Assembly: GCA_030141605.1 (NCBI GenBank)
Contig: JAQGDQ010000261.1
Coordinates: 253,411 to 317,410, forward strand
Source: Tubiluchus corallicola
Taxonomy: Eukaryota > Animalia > Priapulida
DNA length: 64,000 nucleotides
Reading direction: 5' to 3'
The notes under the pieces are model-generated. The model was not told where the DNA came from. It worked only from the letters and a program-made list of their open reading frames with translations, and did no database searches. Position 1 is the first letter of the stretch. Each line of letters opens with the position of its first letter. Made by a program: the position numbers and the translations under genes. This document shows, one piece after another, positions 12,772 to 25,562 of the stretch.

Positions 12772-13718
12772 CGTGTGTGTGTGTGTATGCATGTGTGTGA
12801 GCGTGCATTTGCACGTGCGTGCAGGCATGTGTGTGTGTGTGTGTGCATGTGTGTGTGTGTGTGCATGTGTGTGCGTGTGCGTGCATGTGTGTGTGTGTGT
12901 GTGTGCATGTGAGTGTGCATTTGCACGTGTGTGTGTGTGTATGTATGTGTGTGTGTGTGTATGCATGTGTGTGTGTGTGTGTATGCATGTGTGTGTGTAT
13001 GCATGTGTGTGTGTGTGTGTGTGTGTGTTTGTTGTGTGTGTATGTGTGCGTGCGTTCGTGCGTAAAGTTTTATTTATACCTTTAATAAAAACTAATAAAC
13101 AAAAGCTAAACTACAGATAATATGATAACTGTACATATTATCATTAACTGTGAGAATTTTGTTTAGGTAAAATAAAATTAAGGGAAGACCAGAAGAGTGT
13201 TTAGACTCAATCTCATTTTAATCTGCTGTCCAAGATATACATTTTATCTATAAAAGTTAGCAGTTGTTCCTAATATTTGAATAATTACCATGGAAAACTA
13301 ATTAATGGCAATCGCTTACGTCACAAACTAATCACAGTTTGTGCAATGATAGGCATCTTCCCTGCGCATCAAGCATGTTTACATAAGCGAAGATTGCTAT
13401 AAGATGCTGAAATGATGTCACGAAAATGAGCTCTACTTCAAACGGACGTCACAGATGAACACTGCAGTTCATGATCATGCTTATCACGGTACTGCGACTA
13501 TTTGTCGGCCACACGAATGTAAAAAAGAGACACTAGTGCCAGTCTCAGTGGATTCGTTGAGCTGTGCATAGCTTTGAAAGTTTAACAAAATTTAACTATC
13601 CGAGGTAATTCTTATTTAATCAAAGCTTTGATTTACAAAACGATGTTATAGTTTTCAATATTTTAGAGCATACTTTATTTTGAATTAATATCTACACAAT
13701 CGTCCTGTTTTCCTTTAA
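11484..13718. mobile_element. Foldback-type element with about 520-bp inverted arms, TTAA-flanked (Kolobok-like)
   Basis: 11484-12000 is a diverged reverse complement of 13200-13718. TTAA at both outer ends; the right end reads ...TTTTCCT|TTAA. Confidence 0.7.
12577..13060. repeat. Compound (GT)n microsatellite
   Basis: GT runs interrupted by GCAT and GCATTTGCAC. Confidence 0.97.
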
Positions 13719-13931
13719 GTCTGTCAACATGCTATCTTCAAGATTTTTTAATATACTGTAATTTATTAATTCAGCTGACACGTCATGCGCTATTTTGAAT
13801 ATTTATAAAGAAGCTCCCGTAATTCCCGTAAAATCAAATCACTAATGTGTTATTTCATTAAACAAAAACTTGTGCGTCTAGTTGCCATGGATACATTTTT
13901 ATATTAGAACAACATGTGATGCGATACAAAG

Positions 13932-15052
13932 AGTGGCTTGACCTAGCAAGGGTAGGAAACCTTAGTGGCTTGACCTAGCAGGTGTAGGAAACCTTAGTGG
14001 TTTCATCTAGCAGGGGCAGGAAACCTTAGTGGCTTGACCTAGCAGGGGAGGAAAACTTAGTGGTTTCATCTAGTAGGTGTAGGAAAACTTAGTGGCTTCA
14101 TCTAGTAGGGATAGGAAACCTTAGTGGCTTCATCTAGAAGGGATAGGAAACCTTAATGGCTTCATCTAGCAGTGGTAGGAAACCTTAGTGGCTTCATCTA
14201 GTAGGGATAGGAAACCTTAGTGGCTTCATCTAGCAGGGGTAGGAAACCTTAGTGGCTTCATCTAGCAGTGGTAGGAAACCTTAGTGGCTTGACCTAGCAG
14301 GGGTAGGAAACCTTAGCGGCTTCATCTAGCAGGGGGAGGAAAACTTAGTGGTTTGACCTAGCAGGGGTAGGAAACCTTAGTGGCTTCATCTAGCAGAGGT
14401 AGGAAACCTTAGTGGTTTCACCTAGCAGGGGTAGGAAACCTTAGTGGCTTGACCTAGCAGGGGTAGGAAACCTTAGTGGCTTGACCTAGCAGGGGAGGAA
14501 AACTTAGTGGTTTCATCTAGTAGGTGTAGGAAAACTTAGTGGCTTCATCTAGTAGGGATAGGAAACCTTAGTGGCTTCATCTAGTAGGGATAGGAAACCT
14601 TAATGGCTTCATCTAGCAGTGGTAGGAAACCTTAGTGGCTTCATCTAGTAGGGATAGGAAACCTTAGTGGCTTCATCTAGCAGGGGTAGGAAACCTTAGT
14701 GGCTTCATCTAGCAGTGGTAGGAAACCTTAGTGGCTTGACCTAGCAGGGGTAGGAAACCTTAGCGGCTTCATCTAGCAGGGGGAGGAAAACTTAGTGGTT
14801 TGACCTAGCAGGGGTAGGAAACCTTAGTGGCTTCATCTAGCAGGGGTAGGAAACCTTAGTGGTTTCACCTAGCAGGGGTAGGAAACCTTAGTGGCTTGAC
14901 CTAGCAGGGGTAGGAAAACTTAGTGGTTTGACCTAGCAGGGGTAGGAAACCTTAGTGGTTTCATCTAGTAGGGGTAGGAAACCTTAGTGGCTTCATCTAG
15001 CAGGGGTAGGAAACCTTAGTGGTTTCACCTAGCAGGGGTAGGAAACCTTAGT
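13932..15052. repeat. 32-bp minisatellite (about 35 units)
   Basis: AGTGGCTT(G/C)A(C/T)CTAGCAGGGGTAGGAAACCTT; the series of variants is repeated as a higher-order block. Confidence 0.96.
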
Positions 15053-15096
15053 CACAGCCTTGGAGGACCTTGGTAATTTAGTCACTGGTACTCGCG

Positions 15097-15310
15097 AAGC
15101 AGCATGTCTGCTCACAAAGTAGCATGTCTATTCACGAAGCAGCATGTGTGCACACGAAGCAGCAAGTCTACTCACGAAGCAGCATATCTACTCACAGAGC
15201 AGCATATCTACTCACAGAGCAGCATATCTACTCAGGAAACAGCATGTCTATTCGCAAACCAGCATGTCTGCTCGCCAAGCAGCATGTCTACTCAAGAAGC
15301 AGCATGTCTA
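15097..15310. repeat. 20-bp minisatellite (about 11 units)
   Basis: AGCAGCATGTCTACTCACGA consensus. Confidence 0.9.
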
Positions 15311-15774
15311 ACCAAACGAATGAAGCGTTTAAATAACACTGGGACAGACGTTGTAGCCAAATTTGATTATTCTGCAGAGAACAAACTCATCCAAGTCATA
15401 CCACTTGGCTTCCTGTTGGCTTCGTGTTGAACTATGGAGTCTATCAAATTACTACGTTCATTGTGAAAAACATTACAATGTAGCGAAGAAGAGCCTCTCA
15501 TCCTCGACAGCATTACAATTGTACAACTGACATAATCGTTCATTAACCGAGATACTTTCAATATGCTTTCAGATACTTACTTACAAGTAAACTAGAGTAC
15601 TGTATGATAATAAAAACATTAGACAAAAGAGTTAAAGTAAAATCTGACCCAATCTTAACTGCATGTCAAAACAATCTACTCTTTAAAATATTGAAAGGAA
15701 ACATGTTATTTTTTCAAAAATGACTTACGTGAAAGAATTATTACGTCACTAACGCAATTTCGCATTCACACCAC

Positions 15775-16010
15775 TAGTTCTTCGCGGTTACATGCATTTG
15801 CCATTCGCTAGTTAGACGGGCACTACAGCCTGCATTTCGGAAATGCATTGCACAAAAGCAGGTGCTGCACCTCTCAGTTCTGATTTGTTAGTTTGTGATG
15901 AGTTACACACGTCGACACATCGTATGAGCACAGCGGTAAATTTGAAATTTTAATTTCTATCTTGCCCAGCTTTAGTGCAACACACTGAATATCTTACAGT
16001 AGCACTGTAC
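15775..16010 (+). mobile_element. Dispersed repeat with an inverted copy at about 18780-19003
   Basis: For example GCCATTCGCTAG...CACCTCTCAGTTCTGA versus TCAGAACTGAGAGGTAC...CTAGCGAATGGCG. Confidence 0.7.
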
Positions 16011-19000
16011 TTCAATTTTCACTTTCGCAAACACGTGCAACACGCTCATGGAATATCTCTGTTGTTGAAAATTATGTTAGTTTGTGATGTCATCAATAGT
16101 TAGGCTCGACACCTGTTAATTAAGTTTTTAATCTATTATTTCATTATCAAAAACGCTTTTGCAATATTAATCGTGTTAAAATGTATACTTTTAATCAGAC
16201 TTTAAAATGGAGTAGTACATGAAAAATCATCCTGTCTTCCTTTAATGACAGCACAACTGTCACAAACTAACTGCACTGTTTTTTCTTTTCAATTCTACAA
16301 ATGCAGCTTCACACACAAAAAAAAACCTTTGCAACAATCAAGCATTATGGAAACTGAGGAAAGCGTGTCTTAACAGAAAAAACACCTTGACTGATTAAAC
16401 ATAAGATGTTTGCATAGAAGCCAGACAGTTGATTGATTTCCCATTTCCACAGGTGATCAAGTCAACTGTTCATACCTGACAAAAACTCATCAAACTCGTT
16501 AAACCACAGAAATGCAGAAGTCTTAAAAAAAGCTAAAAACATTGGTTTTTAAATTTCGTATCAGTTCCATGAGGTCTCATTGCACACAGGGCTTGTAACA
16601 GCAGTAACGCTGCATAAAACTTGTAAATTTTAACAGTAAGTCTTTGAGTAAAAATTAAAATAAGTTTAGATAACATTGAGGAAAGTTTGAAAACACAACC
16701 AGAACATTCGTAGCGCATAAGTCACTAACTAATCAAAAGTTTAAATTACTTTATATTCTTAATAAGACCAATAATGTTTCTTCGTGAATCAGTGGTGCAC
16801 AGTGGGATAGTGTTACAGTGACGTTTTACTAACTACTGGAAAATGTTAAACTGCAAAGAGCGTTCTCTTCTAGTTACATAATTCTTTCAAGCAGCTAACC
16901 GCAATGCAAAGTAATATCATTTGTAAGGAAAGTTTTTTTGGGACATGTTAAAAATTTTCCTTTCTTCCCGGTTAAAGAATGACGTCACATTTCTTCACAG
17001 TATCAATTTACACTAAAAATTTGACAACTATATGTAAAAATTACAACAAACTTTGAATTTATGATCATCAAGAATTACTTGTTAACAGCAAGCTCACTTT
17101 TTTGCTCTAAATATAATGAATAGATCATTCGTGATAAACTAATTAATTCATAACTATATTTATCCAGTTATACAAAACCAAATTTCTATCATCTTGAGTC
17201 ACTATAAGCAGTGAAATCAGTAAATGTTTCATTCTCACGTTTTTCAAAAGTCAAAACGCATTCAAATGATGTACAATAAAGCAGCCATAAATAGGTAACA
17301 GTTTTAGGGGATAACATAAATGCGTGTAAAAGCCCAGATGAAGCCAAGCCGAGATGAATCCAGGTTGGAATGAAGCCAGCACATGCAAAGAATTTTAGCT
17401 TTTATTCTCTTTTGTTGCTAAACTGTAAAAGCGGGTCGTAAAGATCATGAAGCCACATCCGTTTATAACATTTACAGAGCAAAAATAAATTTCATACTGT
17501 ACGAGGAAAATATACGCCATTAAGAAGAGACATCTTTCCGTAATTATTCCCCCATTAACCACGTTTCATGTCAAACTTGTTCACTCTGCTAGTCATTCAC
17601 TCATTCACTCGATTCAAACATTTGCAACAATTGGGATAGTGCTTGGGTGTGGTGCAGACATACGCGGTGCAGATAATCAATCTACCTTACCCAGGCCCGG
17701 CTCTAAACATGTTGACACCCTAGGTAGCTATTTTTAACACCCGATCCTTACCCCCTTCCCCTTCGGTCCCCACCCCACCACAAAATTGAATTTTTGTTGT
17801 ATATAATAAAGTATAATGTTATTAGCTTGAAAATAATATAGTGCTCTTTGGAGACTTCCGGTGGTCGTAATCGTAAAGACGACAAACTGCCCATTAAATC
17901 TCAAAAAACTTTCATTTTTCCAGAACCTTCTATCCTTCAGGGGCTCCGTCAGCCATAAGGCAGAGATAAACAACGATAAAAATTATAATGTATAGATAAA
18001 ATTATGTGTAAAGTGTAAGTATACAATGACATTAATGTGCTGATTTAAACTTGTGTTGCCCCCTATTTTCTGTTATAAACTGGTTTTTTTAAACAGGTCA
18101 TGTGACCAGGCTTTTACCTGTACACTTACCTGTACATTGGAGTAACTCAGGCATTCACACACTGCAGTGACAGATTGTTTAGCGTCAGTCATTGATATGT
18201 TGTTATAATTTCATAATTACACTTACAGAAGATCACCATGTAAGTTGATTTCTTAATTTCTTAAATCTTGAACTTTTGTTTATTAAAAAGACTAGAGATT
18301 AGATTCTATAATTTACCAAAAAGTTTGTTAAAGTCTGTTAGATCAATTTGGTTTAGATTTCGCCGTAAAATTAAGCAAAATTATATAAAATTATCTTATT
18401 TGTTTTCAGATTAAACGATACAAGCTACACAATTATGTTGTTGGAGTTTTTTTTTATAAGAAGGTAGCACAATTAAAATAAGGAATAAGGAAACTTAGAC
18501 TTTATATTTAATTTTACCTGTAATTTTTACAATTTTTATTATTGTGTTTCTACCTTATAGCTGATGAAGTCCATGAAAGACGAAAGATTCTGCAAAAAAC
18601 AAAAACTTTGACGCTTAATGGACACTTTGTCTTCTTTACAAGTGTAATGTTATCTGTATGTTGGGCTTACGCATGTATTACAGACTTAATAATGTACTAA
18701 TTAATGTACTAATTAATTAAGTGTGCTTAATTGTCACGTATTTATATTGCTTATAAAGTTGATATCCTATTCACGTATAAGTACAATGCTACAGTAAGAA
18801 ATTCAGTGTGTTGTGCTAAAGCGTTGCAAGTTTTAAGATAAAAATTCAAATTCCAAATTTACCACTGTGCCAATTCGTCACAAACGATCACGTCAGAACT
18901 GAGAGGTACAGCACCTGTTCTTTGTACAAAGCGTTTCCGAGATGCAGGCACTAGTGCCGGTAAAACTAGCGAATGGCGAAATGCATGTAACAGCGGAGAA

Positions 19001-20412
19001 CTATAATCCTAATTATAGAGTTGCCCTGATTTTACCAATCTTGTATCAATATTCGGGGGCAAAATGGTAAACAATATTATTATCGATATTTACACACAGA
19101 ATGCCTGAAAATTTTATAGACAAAAGCATAAAAGTCATCAAGCTCTTGCGACTACGAACAAGACATTAATAGACAAAATTAGTTCTTAAATGTGCCACCA
19201 GGACTTGCACAAAACTCTTAGAAATTGAAGGCAGACAGACTTACAATGAGCTTTGCAAAAATTAAGCCAAATTTCCATTATAGATCTCATATCGAGAACA
19301 GGGGCAATATAGCATATCTTGAGTTATAGTGTTTTTTACCCTATTTGCATGGATCTGCCCTTCCAAACTGGTTCTTAAATGTAAATTTAATGTTAAATTA
19401 TTTGCATCGTAGTCAATTACCCATGTAATTGTCATTCAAGTCTATAGTATAGCTGGCATCGTGTCCATGTCATTAGCTGAATTAGGCTTCTTTCATAGAT
19501 CTATATATATAGTAATTTATCTGTGCCAAAAGCCTAGCTAGCCAGCAGTCACATGGCCCTGACAATAACTATGTTGTTCCTTTGCTCATTATCAAGGATG
19601 ACCATGGACACAGTATAATAGGTATGTATAAAGTCTTTCTGTGGTAGTTTTAACGTATACATTTAATGTAATCGTGTCGTAATTTAGTCATATTGTAATT
19701 TCTTTTCTCTTTACTAAAACATGAGTCTTATAATAGACTAGTTAACCTTTATTACTAAACATCTACTAATTACTCTTGTTTCATCATCATTGTAAAAATG
19801 TAATATTCATCAATTATTATGCACATATTTTAATTACTTGTTCTTATTATCCATATAAAAGTAAAAGTATATACATTGCTACAAATTAAACTCAATTCAA
19901 TATTTGTTTGCATCGAAAATGCAGAAGTTATTGAATTCAGGGCATTCAGTTGCACACAAGTTTTGCTCTCCCGCCTATTTTTACAAAAATTCAAACTTTT
20001 TATGTAAAGTTAAAAATCAATATATCAGCGAAATTGTCAAAATCTGATATAAAAATCGAACAAAAATCACCCATTCATTATAATAAAATTAAACATTTTC
20101 GACAGCTCGTCTAAGTAAGAATTTCTTCTTTGTTCTGCAATTCACTTAACTCATAGGGATGCTGCGTAATCTAATCGCCTCATTAGCGCAGTTTCCTAAA
20201 CACATGGAAATAAGAGTAATTTTACAGCCTCGTAACACACCTCACCATTCTGTTTTTGTGTAATTTACACTAATTTCATCGTAAATTTTACGATTTTTCC
20301 TGACAAAACAAATCCATAAAGTGCAGCTGCATGGGTTTGTTATAAAGTTAGTAACATTATATATGCTTCAGTAAGTGCTCTTCACAGATTAAAATTGATC
20401 ATCGAATAACAC

Positions 20413-20893
20413 AGTTATGTGGCACCACCTACAGGAAACCAAAGCAACTAAAGCAAATACAAAGTCAGTGGTACGAACAAAAACATTCGAGACTAAAGCT
20501 GCTGGTTTGAAAGGGTAGATGTTTGTTAAAATTAACCTTGTAAGGAGACAAGGTCAGCGGTTATGTGGCACCACCTGCAGGAAATCAAAGCAACTAAAGC
20601 AAACACAAAGTCAGTGGTACAAACAAAAACATTCGAGACGAAAGCTGCTGGTTTGAAAGGGTAGATGTTTGTTAAAATTAACCTTGTAAGGAGACAAGGT
20701 CAGCAGTTATGTGGCACCACCTACAGGAAACCAAAGCAACTAAAGCAAATACGAGATCAGCGGTTATGTGGCACCACCTACAGGAAACCAAAGCAACTAA
20801 AGCAAATACAAGTCAGTGGTATGAACAAAAACATTCGAGATTAAAACTGCTGGTTTGAAGGGGTAGATGTTTGTTAAAATAACATTGTAAAGA
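20413..20893. repeat. About 146-bp tandem repeat (3 units plus one truncated unit)
   Basis: GTTATGTGGCACCACCT recurs at about 20415, 20560, 20706 and 20763. Confidence 0.88.
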
Positions 20894-20942
20894 GAATTTT
20901 GAAAATGTTTGCGAAACACAAGGAGCTAGTCATCTAATAACG

Positions 20943-21043
20943 TACTTAAGTCCTAAGATAGTTTAAAATTGAGCCTACTTAAGTCCTAAGATAGTTTAAA
21001 ATTGAGCCTACTTAAGTCCTAAGATAGTTTAAAATTGAGCCTA
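20943..21043. repeat. 33-bp tandem repeat, 3 copies
   Basis: TACTTAAGTCCTAAGATAGTTTAAAATTGAGCC, perfect copies. Confidence 0.9.
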
Positions 21044-21360
21044 TCGATTACCATAGCTAATGTTTAATTAAAGATCATATTTCAGCATAAAGTACCAATT
21101 TTAAGAAGCCGAAGAATTATAACCTCTGTTAAAAATGAAAACACTGATTTGATTTTTACAAAAAAGCGACAGATAAAAAAGTTTCACACTCTTTAAACAT
21201 TAGTAAAGCGAAATTTAGTATAGCAAACATTTTAAATCTTTTAAACAAAGACGCAACAAGCTTAGCAGCAAAACAAAAGAACAGTCAATTTTCAACCATT
21301 GCTGACAGAACCAAAACCAATGTTTCCACAGTTTCTTTTGTAACGCAGAATGGCGTAATT

Positions 21361-21840
21361 CAGGGGTGTGCAAATTATCTGACTAGCCTGGCCACATTAA
21401 ACTATCCCACAAATCCTGTGGGCCACAGGCAGTTTGATCAAGAAACCAAGTACAGAAAGGCCTAATAACGATTTTTTGCATCCGACCTGTGTACATCATT
21501 ACTACTACACTATTTTAGAAGTTATTAAAATTGATATTACAAACCATATATTTCTACTTTCAGGACAGATAGTGGTAATTTCATTACAATGCATATTAGT
21601 AATGTGTATCACACAGTCTGTGTAGTACAGTGACATTAACCTACAACCGTCTTGTAAGGGTTAATGGCATCAGATCTAGTAGAAAAAACTACCCGCACTA
21701 TCTTTGGTATCTTTGGGATCGTGGCACGGACTTCAGCTGGATACACTCAATTAATCGCCCGGGCCGCACTTTCATTAGGTTGACAAATCTCTTCGCGGGC
21801 CACACAAATTCTCTCGGCGGGCCGCAATTTGCACACCCTG
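21361..21840. mobile_element. hAT-type MITE
   Basis: TIRs CAGGGGTGTGCAAATT / AATTTGCACACCCTG, subterminal GCGGGCC motifs, 8-bp flanks GCGTAATT / GCATAAGT (6 of 8 match). Confidence 0.75.
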
Positions 21841-22335
21841 GCATAAGTTTATTGTTTAAAGGAAAGGGCAACCGTTCTAGGCTTTGCTAGTTAGCTACAC
21901 TCTATTTTAGCTTTAGCTGTTTTCCTAAGATTACATCGTTTTACGCAGACGCTACTGATGCGTTATCCTCTTTTTGCTCGCAGTTTCTTTACAACTGCTC
22001 ATAGAATCACCCTTCAACTGATGAAAAATTTCTTACAGTGGCATTTATCTGATTATCGCGGATAAACGTATAAGAATCGAAGTCTTCAGGGCGGAATACA
22101 GGAAACGAAATGTAAAAAAGCTGGCGAGTCATAAAGAGAACAATGGTGCCATATGTTCAATTTCAAATTCAATCAGAAGAAGCTGAGGATAGGTAATTAA
22201 CTGAACTGGATTAGTGCACTATATACATATACAAAGCCCTGTACAAGTACCATTATATATTATTATATCATCATGCAAGAAAAATTCAATTTTGGGACAG
22301 TGGGGTTGACAGTTTAGGAAGGGGCGCTAAAAACA

Positions 22336-25300
22336 CATTTGCCTAGGGCGTCAAACTATCTAGAGCTGGCTTTGAATGTCCCTATTTCAGAACTGAACTC
22401 ACGTCTACATAAACAGTTTGCCTAGCGCATCAAACTATCTAGAGCTGGCTTTGAATGTCCCTATTTCAGAACTGAACTCACGTCTGCATAAACAGTATGC
22501 CTAGCGCATCAAACTATCTAGAGCTGGCTTTGAATGTCCCTATTTCAGAACTGAACTCATGTCTGCATAAACAGTTTGCCTAGTGCATGAAACTATCTAG
22601 AGCTGGCTTTGAATGTCCCTATTTCAGGACTGAACTCACGTCTGCATAAACAGTTTGCCTAGAGCATCAAACTATCTAGAGCCGGCTTTGAATGTCCCTA
22701 TTTCAGGACTGAACTCACGTCTGCATAAACAGTTTGCCTAGGGCGTCAAACTATCTAGAGCTGGCTTTGAATGTCCATATTTCAGAACTGAACTCACGTC
22801 TGCATAAACAGTTTGCCTAGCGCATCAAACTATCTAGAGCAGGCTTTGAATGTCCCTATTTCAGGACTGAACTCACGTCTGCATAAACAGTTTGCCTAGA
22901 GCATCAAACTATCTAGAGCAGGCTTTGAATGTCCCTATTTCAGGACTGAACTCACGTCTGCATAAACAGTTTGCCTAGCGCATCAAACTATCTAGAGCTG
23001 GCTTTGAATGTCCATATTTCAGAACTGAACTCACGTCTGCATAAACAGTTTGCCTAGCGCATCAAACTATCTAGAGCTGGCTTTGAATGTCCATATTTCA
23101 GAACTGAACTCACGTCTGCATAAACAGTTTGCCTAGCGCATCAAACTATCTAGAGCAGGCTTTGAATGTCCCTATTTCAGGACTGAACTCACGTCTGCAT
23201 AAACAGATTGCCTAGAGCATCAAACTATCTAGAGCTGGCTTTGAATGTCCCTATTTCAGGACTGAACTCACGTCTGCATAAACAGTTTGCCTAGTGCATC
23301 AAACTATCTAGAGCTGGCTTTGAATGTCCCTATTTCAGAACTGAACTCACGTCTGCATAAACAGATTGCCTAGAGCATCAAACTATCTAGAGCTGGCTTT
23401 GAATGTCCATATTTCAGAACTGAACTCACGTCTGCATAAACAGTTTGCCTAGGGCGTCAAACTATCTAGAGCTGGCTTTGAATGTCCATATTTCAGGACT
23501 GAACTCACGTCTGCATAAACAGTTTGCCTAGTGCATGAAACTATCTAGAGCTGGCTTTGAATGTCCATATTTCAGGACTGAACTCACGTCTGCATAAACA
23601 GTTTGCCTAGTGCATCAAACTATCTAGAGCTGGCTTTGAATGTCCATATTTCAGAACTGAACTCACGTCTGCATAAACAGTTTGCCTAGTGCATCAAACT
23701 ATCTAGAGCTGGCTTTGAATGTCCCTATTTCAGGACTGAACTCATGTCTGCATAAACAGTTTGCCTAGCGCATCAAACTATCTAGAGCTGGCTTTGAATG
23801 TCCCTATTTCAGGACTGAACTCATGTCTGCATAAACAGTTTGCCTAGAGCATCAAACTATCTAGAGCTGGCTTTGAATGTCCATATTTCAGGACTGAACT
23901 CATATCTGCATAAACAGTTTGCCTAGGGCATCAAACTATCTAGAGCCGGCTTTGAATGTCCATATCTCAGGACTGAACTCACGTCTGCATAAACAGTTTG
24001 CCTAGCGCATCAAACTATCTAGAGCTGGCTTTGAATGTCCCTATTTCAGGACTGAACTCACGTCTGCATAAACAGTTTGCCTAGTGCATCAAACTATCTA
24101 GAGCTGGCTTTGAATGTCCATATCTCAGGACTGAACTCATATCTGCATAAACAGTTTGCCTAGGGCGTCAAACTATCTAGAGCCGGCTTTGAATGTCCAT
24201 ATCTCAGGACTGAACTCACGTCTGCATAAACAGTTTGCCTAGGGCGTCAAACTATCTAGAGCTGGCTTTGAATGTCCCTATTTCAGGACTGAACTCATGT
24301 CTGCATAAACAGTTTGCCTAGAGCATCAAACTATCTAGAGCTGGCTTTGAATGTCCATATTTCAGAACTGAACTCACGTCTGCATAAACAGTATGCCTAG
24401 CGCATCAAACTATCTAGAGCCGGCTTTGAATGTCCATATTTCAGAACTGAACTCACGTCTGCATAAACAGTATGCCTAGCGCATCAAACTATCTAGAGCA
24501 GGCTTTGAATGTCCCTATTTCAGGACTGAACTCACGTCTGCATAAACAGTTTGCCTAGGGCGTCAAACTATCTAGAGCTGGCTTTGAATGTCCATATTTC
24601 AGAACTGAACTCACGTCTGCATAAACAGTTTGCCTAGGGCGTCAAACTATCTAGAGCTGGCTTTGAATGTCCATATTTCAGGACTGAACTCACGTCTGCA
24701 TAAACAGTTTGCCTAGGGCATCAAACTATCTAGAGCCGGCTTTGAATGTCCATATTTCAGAACTGAACTCACGTCTGCATAAACAGTTTGCCTAGCGCAT
24801 CAAACTATCTAGAGCTGGCTTTGAATGTCCCTATTTGAGGACTGAACTCACGTCTGCATAAACAGTTTGCCTAGTGCATCAAACTATCTAGAGCTGGCTT
24901 TGAATGTCCCTATTTCAGAACTGAACTCACGTCTGCATAAACAGTATGCCTAGTGCATCAAACTATCTAGAGCTGGCTTTGAATGTCCATATTTCAGGAC
25001 TGAACTCACGTCTGCATAAACAGTTTGCCTAGCGCATCAAACTATCTAGAGCTGGCTTTGAATGTCCATATTTCAGAACTGAACTCATGTCTGCATAAAC
25101 AGTTTGCCTAGCGCATCAAACTATCTAGAGCTGGCTTTGAATGTCCCTATTTCAGGACTGAACTCACGTCTGCATAAACAGTTTGCCTAGTGCATCAAAC
25201 TATCTAGAGCCGGCTTTGAATGTCCATATTTCAGAACTGAACTCATGTCTGCATAAACAGTTTGCCTAGCGCATCAAACTATCTAGAGCTGGCTTTGAAT

Positions 25301-25562
25301 GTCCCTATTTCAGGACTGAACTCACGTCTGCATAAACAGTTTGCCTAGTGCATGAAACTATCTAGAGCTGGCTTTGAATGTCCATATTTCAGAACTGAAC
25401 TCACGTCTGCATAAACAGTTTGCCTAGGGCATCAAACTATCTAGAGCTGGCTTTGAATGTCCATATCTCAGGACTGAACTCACGTCTGCATAAACAGTTT
25501 GCCTAGCGCATCAAACTATCTAGAGCTGGCTTTGAATGTCCCTATTTCAGGACTGAACTCAC
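22336..25562. repeat. 79-bp satellite (about 41 units) containing a hAT-MITE terminus
   Basis: AAACAGTTTGCCTAG(G/C)GC(G/A)TCAAACTATCTAGAGC(T/C)GGCTTTGAATGTCC...CACGTCTGCAT. Confidence 0.96.

Noticed and set aside
12465-13120. His/Thr- and Cys/Val-rich ORFs
   Set aside because: Translations of the (GT)n microsatellite.
752-25562. Regular repeat arrays as possible CRISPR arrays
   Set aside because: Units are head-to-tail with no unique spacers, there are no cas genes, and the context is eukaryotic with introns.
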